Of a DNA stretch of 64,000 bases, positions 25,593-36,924 are shown piece after piece. Positions within the stretch are counted from its first letter, which is position 1; every line of letters starts with the position of its first letter. The notes under the pieces were generated by a model. That model had not been told where the DNA came from. It searched no databases and saw nothing but the letters and a program-made list of their open reading frames with translations. The position numbers were made by a program, and so were the translations under genes. The DNA lies in NCBI GenBank assembly GCA_013239625.1, contig MU054323.1, positions 13,377,950-13,441,949 of the forward strand, in the 5' to 3' direction. This stretch comes from Lama guanicoe (taxonomy: Eukaryota).

Positions 25593-25910
25593 TTTTATGC
25601 ACTGAATTTTGTCCCCCCACCCATCTCCTCCAAAACTCAGACTGGGGCTGCATTTTTAGATGAAGTCAAGGACAAAGGAGGTCACTGGGGTGGCCCATAA
25701 TCCAACAGGACTGTTGTTCTGTGAAATTAGGACCCACACAGGATGATCTTGGGAAGGTACAGGGAGAAGACAGCCATATACAAGCCAGAGAGAGGCCTAA
25801 GAAGAAAATCCTTCAGTACCTCCATCTTGAACATCCGGCCTCCAGAAGCTTCATGAATTTGAGCCATCCAGTCTGTGAGCCTTGGTGATGACAGCAGTAG
25901 CCATCCAGCA
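25593..25910 (+). mobile_element. MaLR (MLT1A/B-like) solo LTR
   Basis: TtTTATG..CTGAATTTTGTCCCCCC start, GGGAGAAGACAGCCAT..ACAAGCCA, GGCCTCCAGAA, AGCCATCCAGTCTGTG. Confidence 0.72.
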
Positions 25911-26062
25911 GACCAGTGTGCCCAGCCTTGCTTTTAATACAGTATCCACTCGTACAGTTTAATAAGAGCATCTGAGTTTTAAAAAATAATTATGTAAGGC
26001 ATCCTGAGCAGAAATTATCCCCACTTAACATTTCCTGGAAGACAGGCGTTTGGTTTTATCAC

Positions 26063-26487
26063 CTGTCTTAGGCAGAAGAGCACAGGTAAGAGTCCGTGTC
26101 CTAATCCCTGGAGCCTGTGAATGTCACCATATGAGTCAAAGGGGAAATGAAGGTTCCTAATCAGCTGGCCTTAAAACAGTTGATCTAGGTGGGCCCCATG
26201 TAACTACAAGAGTGGAAGAAAGAAGTCAGATGCGACATGGGACTCGACCCCTGGCAGCTCTGAAGAGGGAGGAAGAGGCTGTGAACTAAGGACTATGGGT
26301 AGCCTCGAGCATGGAGAACTGTGGAAATGCTGGAATCCTTGCCCAGAGCCTCCAGAAAGGACTGCAACACCTTGATTTCAGTGCAGTGAAGCTTGTGTCG
26401 ACCTCTAACCTATGTAAGATAACAAATTGGTAGTGTTTGAAGCCATTTAAATTTGTGGTGATAATTTGTTGCAATAGAAAGCTATAC
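26063..26487 (+). mobile_element. MaLR (MLT1D/E-like) solo LTR
   Basis: GTCCTAATCCCTGGAGCCTGTGAAT...AGAGCCTCCAGAAAGG...ACACCTTGATTT...TAATTTGTT...ATAGAAA..ATACA. Confidence 0.78.
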
Positions 26488-28949
26488 CACCCCCCAAGCA
26501 CCACAGAATGTACCTCTCTCAACTTGTTCAACTAATGTTTAAATATGAGAAATTCATATCCCCAAAATTCAATACAGTATTTACCTAATGTTGGCATAGC
26601 CCTGAGTTATATTCCAAATATAGTAGTTGGAATCTGACGTTTGAAAAGCACCAAGACTATCAACCAGGTAGATGTGCACTGGCACGTAGAGGGACCACCT
26701 GTCATACTCACTGTGACCAGCCACCAGCTCCTGTGCTTGTCCTGAAGGCATTTCCGCAGTTTTCCATACCCGACTAGCTCTTGTTTTCTCCTAGTGACGT
26801 GGAGTCCCAAACAAGATAAAGTCTCGAAGATTGCTTCCTCTTGCGGATTCCTTTTCCACAATCACAACAGAAAAGATATTACTACACACTAAGGAAACTC
26901 ACTGATGAGCAAGAAGATATTTTAAGCATATTTACATTCCAACACGGTTTTAATGTGTTTAATTGTATTTCTAGGAAAGTGGTTGGGGGGTTTTGGTTAT
27001 GGTATATCAAATTCTAGCATTTTCACACAGAGCCTACTTTTCATAGATTACTGACATTAAGCAGGACATGCCTATATATGTAATGAATATACACAGACAG
27101 GGAGGGGCTTCAAGCTGGCAGAACAGGACACAGAGCTCACTTCCTCCCACAAATACATCAAAAATACGTCAAAAAATGCAGAACAGTTCTCACAGAATAC
27201 CTACTGAACTCTGGCACAAGATCTTATACAAGCAAAGCTACAAGAAAAATCTAAACACAAATGGGTAAAGCAAAAAGTAGAATTGAGACAGGACCCATAC
27301 GCCTGGGAGAAAGCAGTGAAAGAAGAAAGGTTCCCTTACCCTGGGAGGCCCCTTCACTGGCAGGGACACCAGCTGGGACAGAAAGAGAGCTTCAGAGGAG
27401 AACGCAGCAGTCTCTTTGCAGCAGGCAGAACAGAGAGAAACCAGCACAGAGGATATGCACAGTCCCCCAGGCTGAGACGCGAGCCTGCTGATGTGTGCAG
27501 GGACTGGGTGTCCTTCAGAGGACAGACCCAGGGAGAGGACTGGGGTTGGCTACATGCAGACAGCCTGAAGGGGCTGGAGTGTGGTAAAGGCTGAAACTGG
27601 GAGTGTGTGCAAAGGAGGCTGGGTCCACATAAAAAGTCCCATTGTTATCACATGTGAAGGAGGGAGGGGCAGGACCCCACCATAGCCATCTCCTCCTTGG
27701 CTTGCTCACAGCTGTGCAGCTCTGCCTGTGGGAGCTCTGGGGGCCAGGGTATGGGAGGAAGCACTGGTGAGTTGCCCCCAGGCAGAGGCATGTCTGAAGT
27801 CTGAGCCCATTCCCAGGGACCAGGCAACTTTGGAAGCTGGGCCGAAATCTGAGCTCTGTGCCAGGCAGCTTTGGTGGATTTATGCCACAGGTGCCTCTGT
27901 AAGCTCAGTACCTGCAGAACATATGAGCAGAACACCATTGCGTAGCTGGGGCAGGTCCAGCATTGACAGTGGGCACGTGCACATGGAGGCGGGACTGGGG
28001 TCCAGGCTGACCCTGTGGCCACAGCAGATCCAGGTGCATGACTGCGGCAGGTCCCGGTGCCTCATATCAGCGGATCTGCCCTGACAGCCATGTGAACACA
28101 GCACCTGAGGAACACTAGGGCAGACTGCCTGCATTTCCATGGTTGAGGCAGGGCCAAGGGCAGCGCCAACAACGGTATACTTTGTGAGCCCACACAACAG
28201 GTGACAGGCAACACCACAGAGTGAGCTTCCTCATGGAAGTCTCCTGCAGACGAGTACTCAGCAGCTCCTCCCCCAGCAGAAGTGGTCCAGTCCCATCTGC
28301 TTCACACTACAGCTCAGAAATGAATCTGGGGGCTTCTACTCCAACAGCAGGGGAGCAGACCCAGCCCCTGACAGGGCTGTGACAACCACAGGGCAACAAG
28401 GAGACCCCACTTTACATCCAGGGCAGACTCTGGTCACCACAACACCAATCACACCCTCTTATCAAGGCGATAACAGCCATCACACATGGAGAAACGACAT
28501 GGCAGCCAACCATAATAAAAACAGCCATCCCAACAAAAACATCCCTACACAGGCCACACAGGGATGCTCCCAATAAAAAGAGCTCTCCAAATTTATAGTC
28601 AGAGAAATTTAAGTAAAATGAAGCAGAAGAATCACTACCAATTAAAAGAACAAGAAAAATCTCCCGAAAGAACAATGAAACAGACCTCTCCAGTCTACCA
28701 GATTGAGTTTTAAAAAGAGATGATAAAAAATACGAAGGTATTAAGAAAGGCTATAGATAGAAATGCAGATTACTATACAAAGAAACTGAAAACTATGAAG
28801 AGGAGCCAATTAAATCAGAAAATTTGCCAAGATTAAAGCTGAGCTAAAAGCAGTAATTAGCAGACTAAATAATGCATAAGAATGAGTAAATGATCTGGAA
28901 GACAGAATAATGGAAATCACCCAATCACAGTAGTGGACAGAAAAAAAAT

Positions 28950-29141
28950 TTTTTTAGATTTTTAAAAATTTTTATTTATTACTGTATTTTAAAAAAATTT
29001 TTATTTATTACTGTGTTATTTTTTAAAACTTTTTTGGGGGAGGGGGTAATTAGGCTTATTTTTAGAGGCAATACTGGGGATCGAACCCAGGACCTTGTGT
29101 ATGCCAAGCGTGCACTCTACCATTTGAGCTATACTCTTCCC
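28950..29141 (-). mobile_element. tRNA-Ala-derived SINE (camelid Vic-1 type) inserted in L1 ORF1
   Basis: The reverse complement reads GGGAAGAGTATAGCTCAAATGGTAGAGTGCACGCTTGGCATACACAAGGTCCTGGGTTCGATCCCCAGTA, then an A-rich tail with a duplicated ~22 bp unit. Confidence 0.85.
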
Positions 29142-29998
29142 AGAGGAAAATTTTGAAAAATTAAAGCAATGTAATAGACCTATGGGATAATATAAAGCAT
29201 GCCAATGTACACATTAACAGAGGTTCCAAAAGGAGAAGAAACTAAAAAGGGGATCAAAACCGTATTCAAAGAAATTATGCCTGAAAACTTCTCAAGCCTA
29301 AAGAAAGAAACAGATATCCAGGTACAGGAAACACAGATGGCTCCAAACAAGATGAACCCAAACAGACCTACACCAAGACATACTGTAATTAAAATTGCAA
29401 AAATTAAAAAGAAGATTTTAAAGGTAGCAAGAGGAAAAAAAAGAGTTAGCCTTATGGGGTTTACCTTGTAACTATCAGCTGATTTCCCTACAGAAACATT
29501 GCAGGCCAGAAAGGAGTGGCAAAATATACTCAAAGTCTTGAGAAAAATCTGCCACCTAAGATACTCTATCCAGCAAGAATATTATTTAGAATAGAGGAAA
29601 GATGATTTCTCAGACAAGCAAAAACTAGAATAATACAGCAGTACTAAATCTATCTTAAAAGAAACATTGAAAGTTTGTCTCTAAATAGAAAAGAACCTAT
29701 AGAAAAGAAAATCACAATTGGAAGTGTGATAACTACAATGAACAGCAAAATAAACATGAAGGTGTAAAAGAGGACATCAAAATCATAAATGGGAGGAAGG
29801 AGTAAGAAAATGTAGATTTCTTTCTTTTTTAAGAATGTGTTTGAGCCTGTATGATTACCAGTCTAAAGCAAAGAGATATATAGTAATAGGTTAACAACTT
29901 GAAAAACAGGGTAACCACAAATAAAAAGCATAGAGTCACAGAAACCAAAAATAAAAGAATTCAAGCATAATACAAAAGAAATCGAACTACAAAAGGAA

Positions 29999-31930
29999 TG
30001 CAGATGACATGATACTATAATACAGAAAACTGTAAAGGCTCCACACAAAAACGACTAGAGCTGATAAAAATTTGGCAAGGCAGCAGGATACAAGATTAAC
30101 ATACAGCAATCAGTGGGATTTCTTTACACTAACAATGAAATATCAGAAAAGGAAAGTAAAGAAACAATCCCTTTTAAAATTGCATCCAAAAAAATAAAAT
30201 ACTAAGGAATAAATCAGACCAAGGAAGTGAAAGACTTACACGTGGAGAACTACAAAACACTGATTAAAGAAATTAAAGATGACTTAAAGAAATGGAAAGA
30301 TATCTCATGTTCTTGGATTAGAAGAATTAATATTGTTAAAATGGCCATACTACCCAGAGCAAGATTTAATGCAATCCCTATCAAATTACCAAGAATGAAG
30401 CTGAAGGAATAATCCTCCCAGACTTCAGACAATTCTAAAGAGCTACAGTAATCAAAACAGCATGGTACTGGTACAAAAACAGACAATGGAACAGAATAAA
30501 GAACCCAGAAATAAACCCACAAACTTTAAGTCAATTCATCTTTGACAAAGGAGGCAAGATCGTACAATGAAGTAAAGATAGTCTCTTCAGCAAATGGTGT
30601 TGGGAAAACAGGACAGCTGCATGTAAATCAATGAAGTTAGAATACTCCTTCACCCCATACACAAAAATAAACTCAATATGGCTTAAAGACTTAAACATAA
30701 GACAGGACACTATAAACCTCATAGAAGAAAACATAGGCAAAACATTCCCTGACACAAATCTCAGTAATGTTCTCCTAGGGCAATCTACCCAGGCAATAGA
30801 AATAAAAGCAAAAATAAGCAAATGGGACCTAAATAAATTTATAAGCTTTTGCACAACAAAGGAAACCATAAGCAAAATGAAAAGACAACCCTATGGAATG
30901 GGAGAAAATATTTGCAGAAGATGAGACTGACAAGGGCTTAATTTCCAGAATAAATAACTCATACAACTTAATAAGAAAAAACAAACAACCCAATCCAAAA
31001 ATGGGCAGAAGACCTAAACAAAAAATTCACCAATGAAGACATACAAATGGCCAACAGGCACATGAAAAAATCCTCAATATCGCTAATTATCAGAGAAATG
31101 CAAATCAAACCTACAATGAGGTATCACCTCACACCAGTCAGAATGGCCATCATTCAAAAGTCCACAAATGATAAATCCTGAAGAGGCTGTGGAGAAAAGG
31201 GAACCCTCCTATACTGTTGGTGAGAATGTAGTTTGGTGCAGCCATTATGGAAAACAGTATGGAGATTCCTCAGAAGACTGAAAATAAGACTTAACGTATA
31301 ATCCAGCAATCCCACTCCTGGGCATGTATCCAGAGGGAACCTTAATTCAAAACATACCTGCACCCCAATGTTCACAGCAGCACTATTTATACTAGCCAAG
31401 ACAAGAAAGCAACCTAAATGTCCATCGACAGATGACTGGATAAAGAAGCTGTGGTATATTTATACAATGGAATACTACTCAGCCATAAAAAATAATAAAA
31501 TAATGCCATTTGCAGCAACATGGATGGCCCTGGAGAATGTCATGCTAAGTGATGTAAGTAAGAAAGAGAAAAAATACACCATATGGTATCACTCATATGT
31601 GGAATCTAAAAAAAAAAAAGACAAATGAACTTTTTAACAAAACAGAAACAGACTCACAGACATAGAAAACAAATTTATGGTTACCAGGGAGGGAAGGGGG
31701 TGGGAAGAGATAAACTGGGAGTTTGAGATTTGCAGATACTAATATACATAAAACAGATAAACAAGTTTCTACTGTATAGCTCAGGGAACTATATTTGATA
31801 TCTTGTAGTAACTTATGGTGAAAAAGAATATGAGAATATATATGTATATTATGACTGAAGCATTATTCTGTACACCAGAAATTGACACAACATTGTAAAC
31901 TGACTATACTTCAATAAAAAATATATATAC
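29999..31930 (+). mobile_element. Younger 5'-truncated L1 nested in the inter-ORF region of host A
   Basis: Starts at the RT ADDM motif and runs to the 3' UTR/AATAAA; TSD ACAAAAGGAA at 29989-29998 and 31931-31940; internal deletion near 30392. Confidence 0.9.
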
Positions 31931-32065
31931 ACAAAAGGAAAAATGAAAAAGAACAAAGAAGAAATATAAAATAAACCAGAAAACAAGTTTTTAAATGGAA
32001 ATAAATACATTTCTAGCAATAATTACCTTAAATGTCAATGGACTAAATGCTCCAATCAAAAGATA

Positions 32066-32854
32066 TATAGCACAGGGAACTACATTCTAGCACAAGGAAC
32101 TATATTTGATATCTTGTAGTAGCTTATAGTGAAAAGATTATGAAAACAAATATATGTATATTCATGTATGACTGAAGCATTGTGCTGTACACCCAAAATT
32201 GACACAACATAATAAACTGACCATACTTCAATGAATAAAAAGAAAAAAAAAGTGATGTTCATAGTAGCACTATATACAATAGCCAAGACATGAAAGCAAC
32301 CTAAATGTCCACTGACAGATGACTAGATAAAAAAGTTGTGATATATTTATACAATGGAATACCACTCAGCCATAAAAAATAAAATAATGCCACTTGCAGC
32401 AACATGGATGGACCTGGAGATCATCATTCTAAGTGAAGTAAGCAGAAAGAGAAAGAAAGATACCATATGATATCACTCACATGTGGAATCTAAAAAAAAG
32501 AAAAAAAGAAAAAAAAGGACAGTAATGAATTCATCTACAAAACACAAAACTCATAAACATAGTAAATAATCTTATGGTATCAAGGGAAAGGGGATGGGAA
32601 GGGATAAATTTGGGAGTTTGAGATTTACAAATGTTAATAACTAAATACAAAAATAGATAAAAACCAAATTTCTTCTGTATAACACAGGGAACTATATACA
32701 ATATCTTGTGATAACATTTAATGAAAAAGAATATGAAAATGCATATATGTATATATATGTATGACTGGGACATTATGCTGTACACTTTTTGGATGCAATT
32801 TTAAAAGGGAAATTGACACATTATAACCAACTATACTTCAATTAAAAAAAAAAA
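32066..32854 (+). mobile_element. Two tandem L1 3'-end fragments (~32066-32251 and ~32255-32854) nested in the endonuclease domain of host A
   Basis: Host ORF2 reads ...APIKR on the left and resumes as AGAGTGGCAGAT (RVAD) at about 32855; two separate 3' UTRs, each with its own A tail, lie between. Confidence 0.85.
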
Positions 32855-35800
32855 AGAGTGGCAGATTAGATAATAAGACAAGAGCCTACAATATGTTGCC
32901 TACAAGAGACTCACTTTATTGCAAAGGACACATAGATTAAAGTGACGGGGTGGAAAAAGTTATTTCATGCAAATGGAAATGACAAGAAAGCAGGGGTAGC
33001 AATACTCATATCAAACAAAATAGACTTTAAAACAAAGGCCATAAAGAAAGATAAAGGACATTGTATAATGATAAAAGGATCAACATAAGAGGATATTATA
33101 CTCATTAACATGTACCCAATATAGGGGAACCTACATGAAAGACAAATACTATTAGACATAAAGTGAGAAACTGATAGGAATGCAACAGTAGGAGACCTTA
33201 ACACTCCACTGACATCAATGAACAGATCCTCCCAACAGACATCAATAAGGCAACAGAGATCTTAAATGACAAAATAAAACAGTTAGACTTAATTGGTATG
33301 ACTTAATTGGTATTTTTAGGACATTATGTCCAAAAAAAAAAAAAAGCAGAACATATATTTGATTCAAGTGCACATGGAACATTCTCTAGGATAGACACAT
33401 ACTCAGGCACAAAAGAAGCCTCAACAAATTTAAGAGAATAGAAATTATTTCAAGCATCATTTCTAACCACGATGGCATGTAACCAGAAATCAACCACAGA
33501 AAGAGAAACAAGAAAAAAAAATTGCATGGAGACTAAACAACATGCTACTAAAACACCAACGGGTCGATGATGAAATCAAGAGGAAAATTAAAAAATACCT
33601 TGAGACAAATGACCATGAAAACACAACCATGCAAAATCTACAGAATGCAGCAAAGGCATTCCTAAGAGGGGAAGTTCATAACAATAAAGGCCTTCCTCAA
33701 AAGAAAAAACAAACAAACGTCAAACAACCTAACCTACCACCTAAAAGAATTAGAAAAAGATGAATGAACAAAACCTAAAGTTAACAGAAGGAAAGAAACA
33801 AAGATCAGAGAGGAAATCAATAAAATAGATGTTCAAAAAACAATAAGAAAACATAAAATCAAATCAAGAGCTGGTTTTTGGAAAGAGTAAACAAAAATTG
33901 ACAAACTCTTGGCCAGGCTTAGCAAGAAAAGAGAGGACGCAAATAAAATGAGAAATTAAAAAGGAGAAGTTTCAATGATACCACCAAAATACAAAACCAT
34001 AATACTGTGAACAATTATATACCAACAAGTTGGACAATCTAGAAGAAATAGACAAGTTTCTATAAACAGTCTACCAAATCTGCATCAAGAAGAAATAGAT
34101 AATTTGAACAGAGTGATCATTAGGAGTAAAGTATAATCTTTAATTAAAACAAAAACAAAAACTCCCGGCAAACAGAAGTCCAGGACCAGATTGCTTCACT
34201 GGGGAATTCTAAAACATACAAAAAACTCATACTGATCTTAAACTCTTCCAAAAGACTGAAGAGGAAGGAACACTCCCAAACTCACTCTATGAAGCCACCA
34301 TCACTCTGATACCAAAACCAGACAAAGATACTACCAAAAAGAAAATTTAGGCCATTATCTTTGATGAATATAGATTCAAAAATCTTCAAAGTATTAACAA
34401 ACTAAATCCAATAATACATAAAAGGAATCATACACCATGATCATGTTGGATTCACCCCAGGGTCAACAAGGATGGTTCAACATACACAAAATCAATGGGA
34501 TCCACACCAACGAAAGACAAGACAAAAACTGCATGATTATCTAAATAGATGGAGAAAAAGCATTTTATAAAATTCAACATCCATTCATGATAAAAACTCT
34601 CACCAAAGTGGGTACAGAGGGAACATATCTCAGTCTAATAAAAGCTATTTATGACAAACCCACAGCCAACTACTCATAATACTTAATGGTGAAAAGCTGA
34701 AAGCTTTCCTGCTAAAATCTTGATCAAGAGAAGGATGCCCACTCTCACCACTTGTATTCAACCTAGTATTGGAGGTCCTAGCCACAGAAATCAGAAAATT
34801 ATAAAAGGTATCTAAACAGAAAGGGAAGAGGTAAAATTACCATTACATGCAGATGACATGATGCGATATATAGAAAATCCTAAAGATGCCATACAAAGAC
34901 TATTCAACTGATAAATGAATTCAGCAAGGTAGCAGGATACAAGATTAACATACAGGTATCTGTTACATTTCTTTACACAGACAATGAAATATCAGAAAGT
35001 TTTTTTTTAATCCCTTTTAATATTGCATCCAAAAAAACCAAAATGAAATACTTAGGAATAAACCTGAGCAAAGAGGTGAAAGATTTATACACTGAGAACT
35101 ATAAAACATTGATTAAAGGAAATTGAAAATGATTCAAAAAAATAGAAGGATATTCCATGCTCTAGGAGTGGAAGAATTAATATTATTAAAATGGCCATAC
35201 TACCCAAAGCAATCTACAGATTTAATGTGATCCTGATCAAATTATCCAGGACATTTCTCACAGAACTAGAACAAGTAATGGTAAGATTTATATGGAACCA
35301 TAAAAGACATAGAATTGCTAGAGCAGTCCTGGGGAAAGAACAGAGCTGGATAACCCTCCCAGATTTCAGACAATACTACAAAGCTACAGTAATCAGTACT
35401 ACAGTACTACAAAACAGTGTGGTATTGACACAAGAACAGACATATGGTTCAATTAAACAGAATACAGAGCCCAGAAGTAAACCCACACGCCTATGGTTAA
35501 TTAATCTGCAACAAAGGAGTCAAGAATATACAATGAAGAAAAGATAGTATCTTCTACAAGAGATGTTTGGAAAGCTGGACAGCCCCATGTAAAACCAGTG
35601 AAGTTAGAATACTCCCTCACACCAAACACAAAATAAACTCAAAATGGCTTAAAGACTTATAAACATAAGACAAGATACTATACACCTCCTAGAAGAAAAC
35701 ATAGGCAAAACATTCCCTGACATAAATGTTAGTAATGTTCTCCTAGAGCAGCCTACCCAGGCAATAGAAATAAAAGCAAAAACAAACAAATGGGACCTAA

Positions 35801-36440
35801 TTAAACTTAAAAGCTTTTGCACAGCAGAGGAAATCAGAAACAAAAAGACAACCTATGGAATGGGAGAAAATATTTGCAAATGATGCAACTGACAAGTTTA
35901 ATTTCCAGAAAATATTAACAGCTTATACAACTCAGTAATAATAAAAACAACAACAAAATTAAAATATGGGCAGAAGACCTAAACAGAAATTTCTCCAAAG
36001 AAGACACACAGATGGCCAATAGGCACATGAAAAGATACTCAACATTTCTAATTATTAGGAAAATATAAGTCAAACTAAAAAAATGGTTATCACCTCACAC
36101 CAGTCAGAATGGCCACCATCAAAAAATCTACAAATAAAAAATGCTGGAGAGAGTGTGGAGAAAAGAGAACCCTCTCATACTATTGGTGGAAAAGTAAACT
36201 GGTGCAGCCACCATGGAAAACTCTATGAGGTTCCTTTAAAAACTAAAAATAGAGTTACCGTTGATCCAGCAATTGCACTCCCGGGCATATATCTGGAAAA
36301 GATGAAAACTCTAATTTGAAAAGATACATGCACACCAATGTTCACACCCTTTATAATAGCCAAGACATGGAATCAACCTAAGTGTCTACTGACAGGTGAA
36401 TGGATAAAGAGGCTGTGGTGTGTGTGTATGTATGTATGTA

Positions 36441-36442
<2 letters not shown>

Positions 36443-36478
<36 letters not shown>
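36443..36478 (+). repeat. (AC)18 microsatellite preceded by TG/TATG repeats
   Basis: Read directly from the sequence. Confidence 0.95.
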
Positions 36479-36480
<2 letters not shown>

Positions 36481-36924
36481 GAATACTACTCATCTATAAA
36501 AAAAATGAAATAATGCCATTTGCAGCAACATGGATGGACCTAGAGATTATCATACTAAAGTGAAGTAGGTCAGAGAAAGACAAATATCATATGACATCAC
36601 TCATATTTGGAATCTAAAACAAACAAAAAAAGATACAAATAAACTTATTTACAAAACAGAAACAGACTCAGACTCAGACACAGAAAACAAACTTAAGGTT
36701 ACCAAAGGGGAAAGAGGGGGAAGGATAAATTAGGAGTTTGGGATTAACAAATACACCCTACTATATACAGATAAACACAGAGACCTACTGTATAGCACAG
36801 GGAATTATATTCAATACCTTGTAATAACCTATCATGGAAAAGAACTATATATAAATAGAATTGAATCATTTTGCTATACACCAGAAACGAACACTGTAAA
36901 TCAACTATACTTCAATAAAAAATT

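Larger units (their letters stand above)
24675..25600 (+). other. LTBP1: LTBP1 3' UTR (end approximate)
   Basis: AT-rich, repeat-free sequence after the stop, with poly(A) hexamers at 24985, 25438 and 25575; repeats resume at about 25593. Confidence 0.8.
27100..36922 (+). mobile_element. Near full-length decayed L1 (host A): 5' UTR ~27100-28615, ORF1 remnant ~28618-29685, ORF2 from ~31995 (interrupted), 3' UTR and poly(A) signal at ~36914
   Basis: L1-type 5' start GGAGGGGCTTCAAG.TGGC; ORF1 peptide 29199..29471; endonuclease start (ITLNVNGLNAPIK), RT ADDM motif near 34850, [15 protein letters not shown] at 35191; many stops and frameshifts. Confidence 0.9.
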
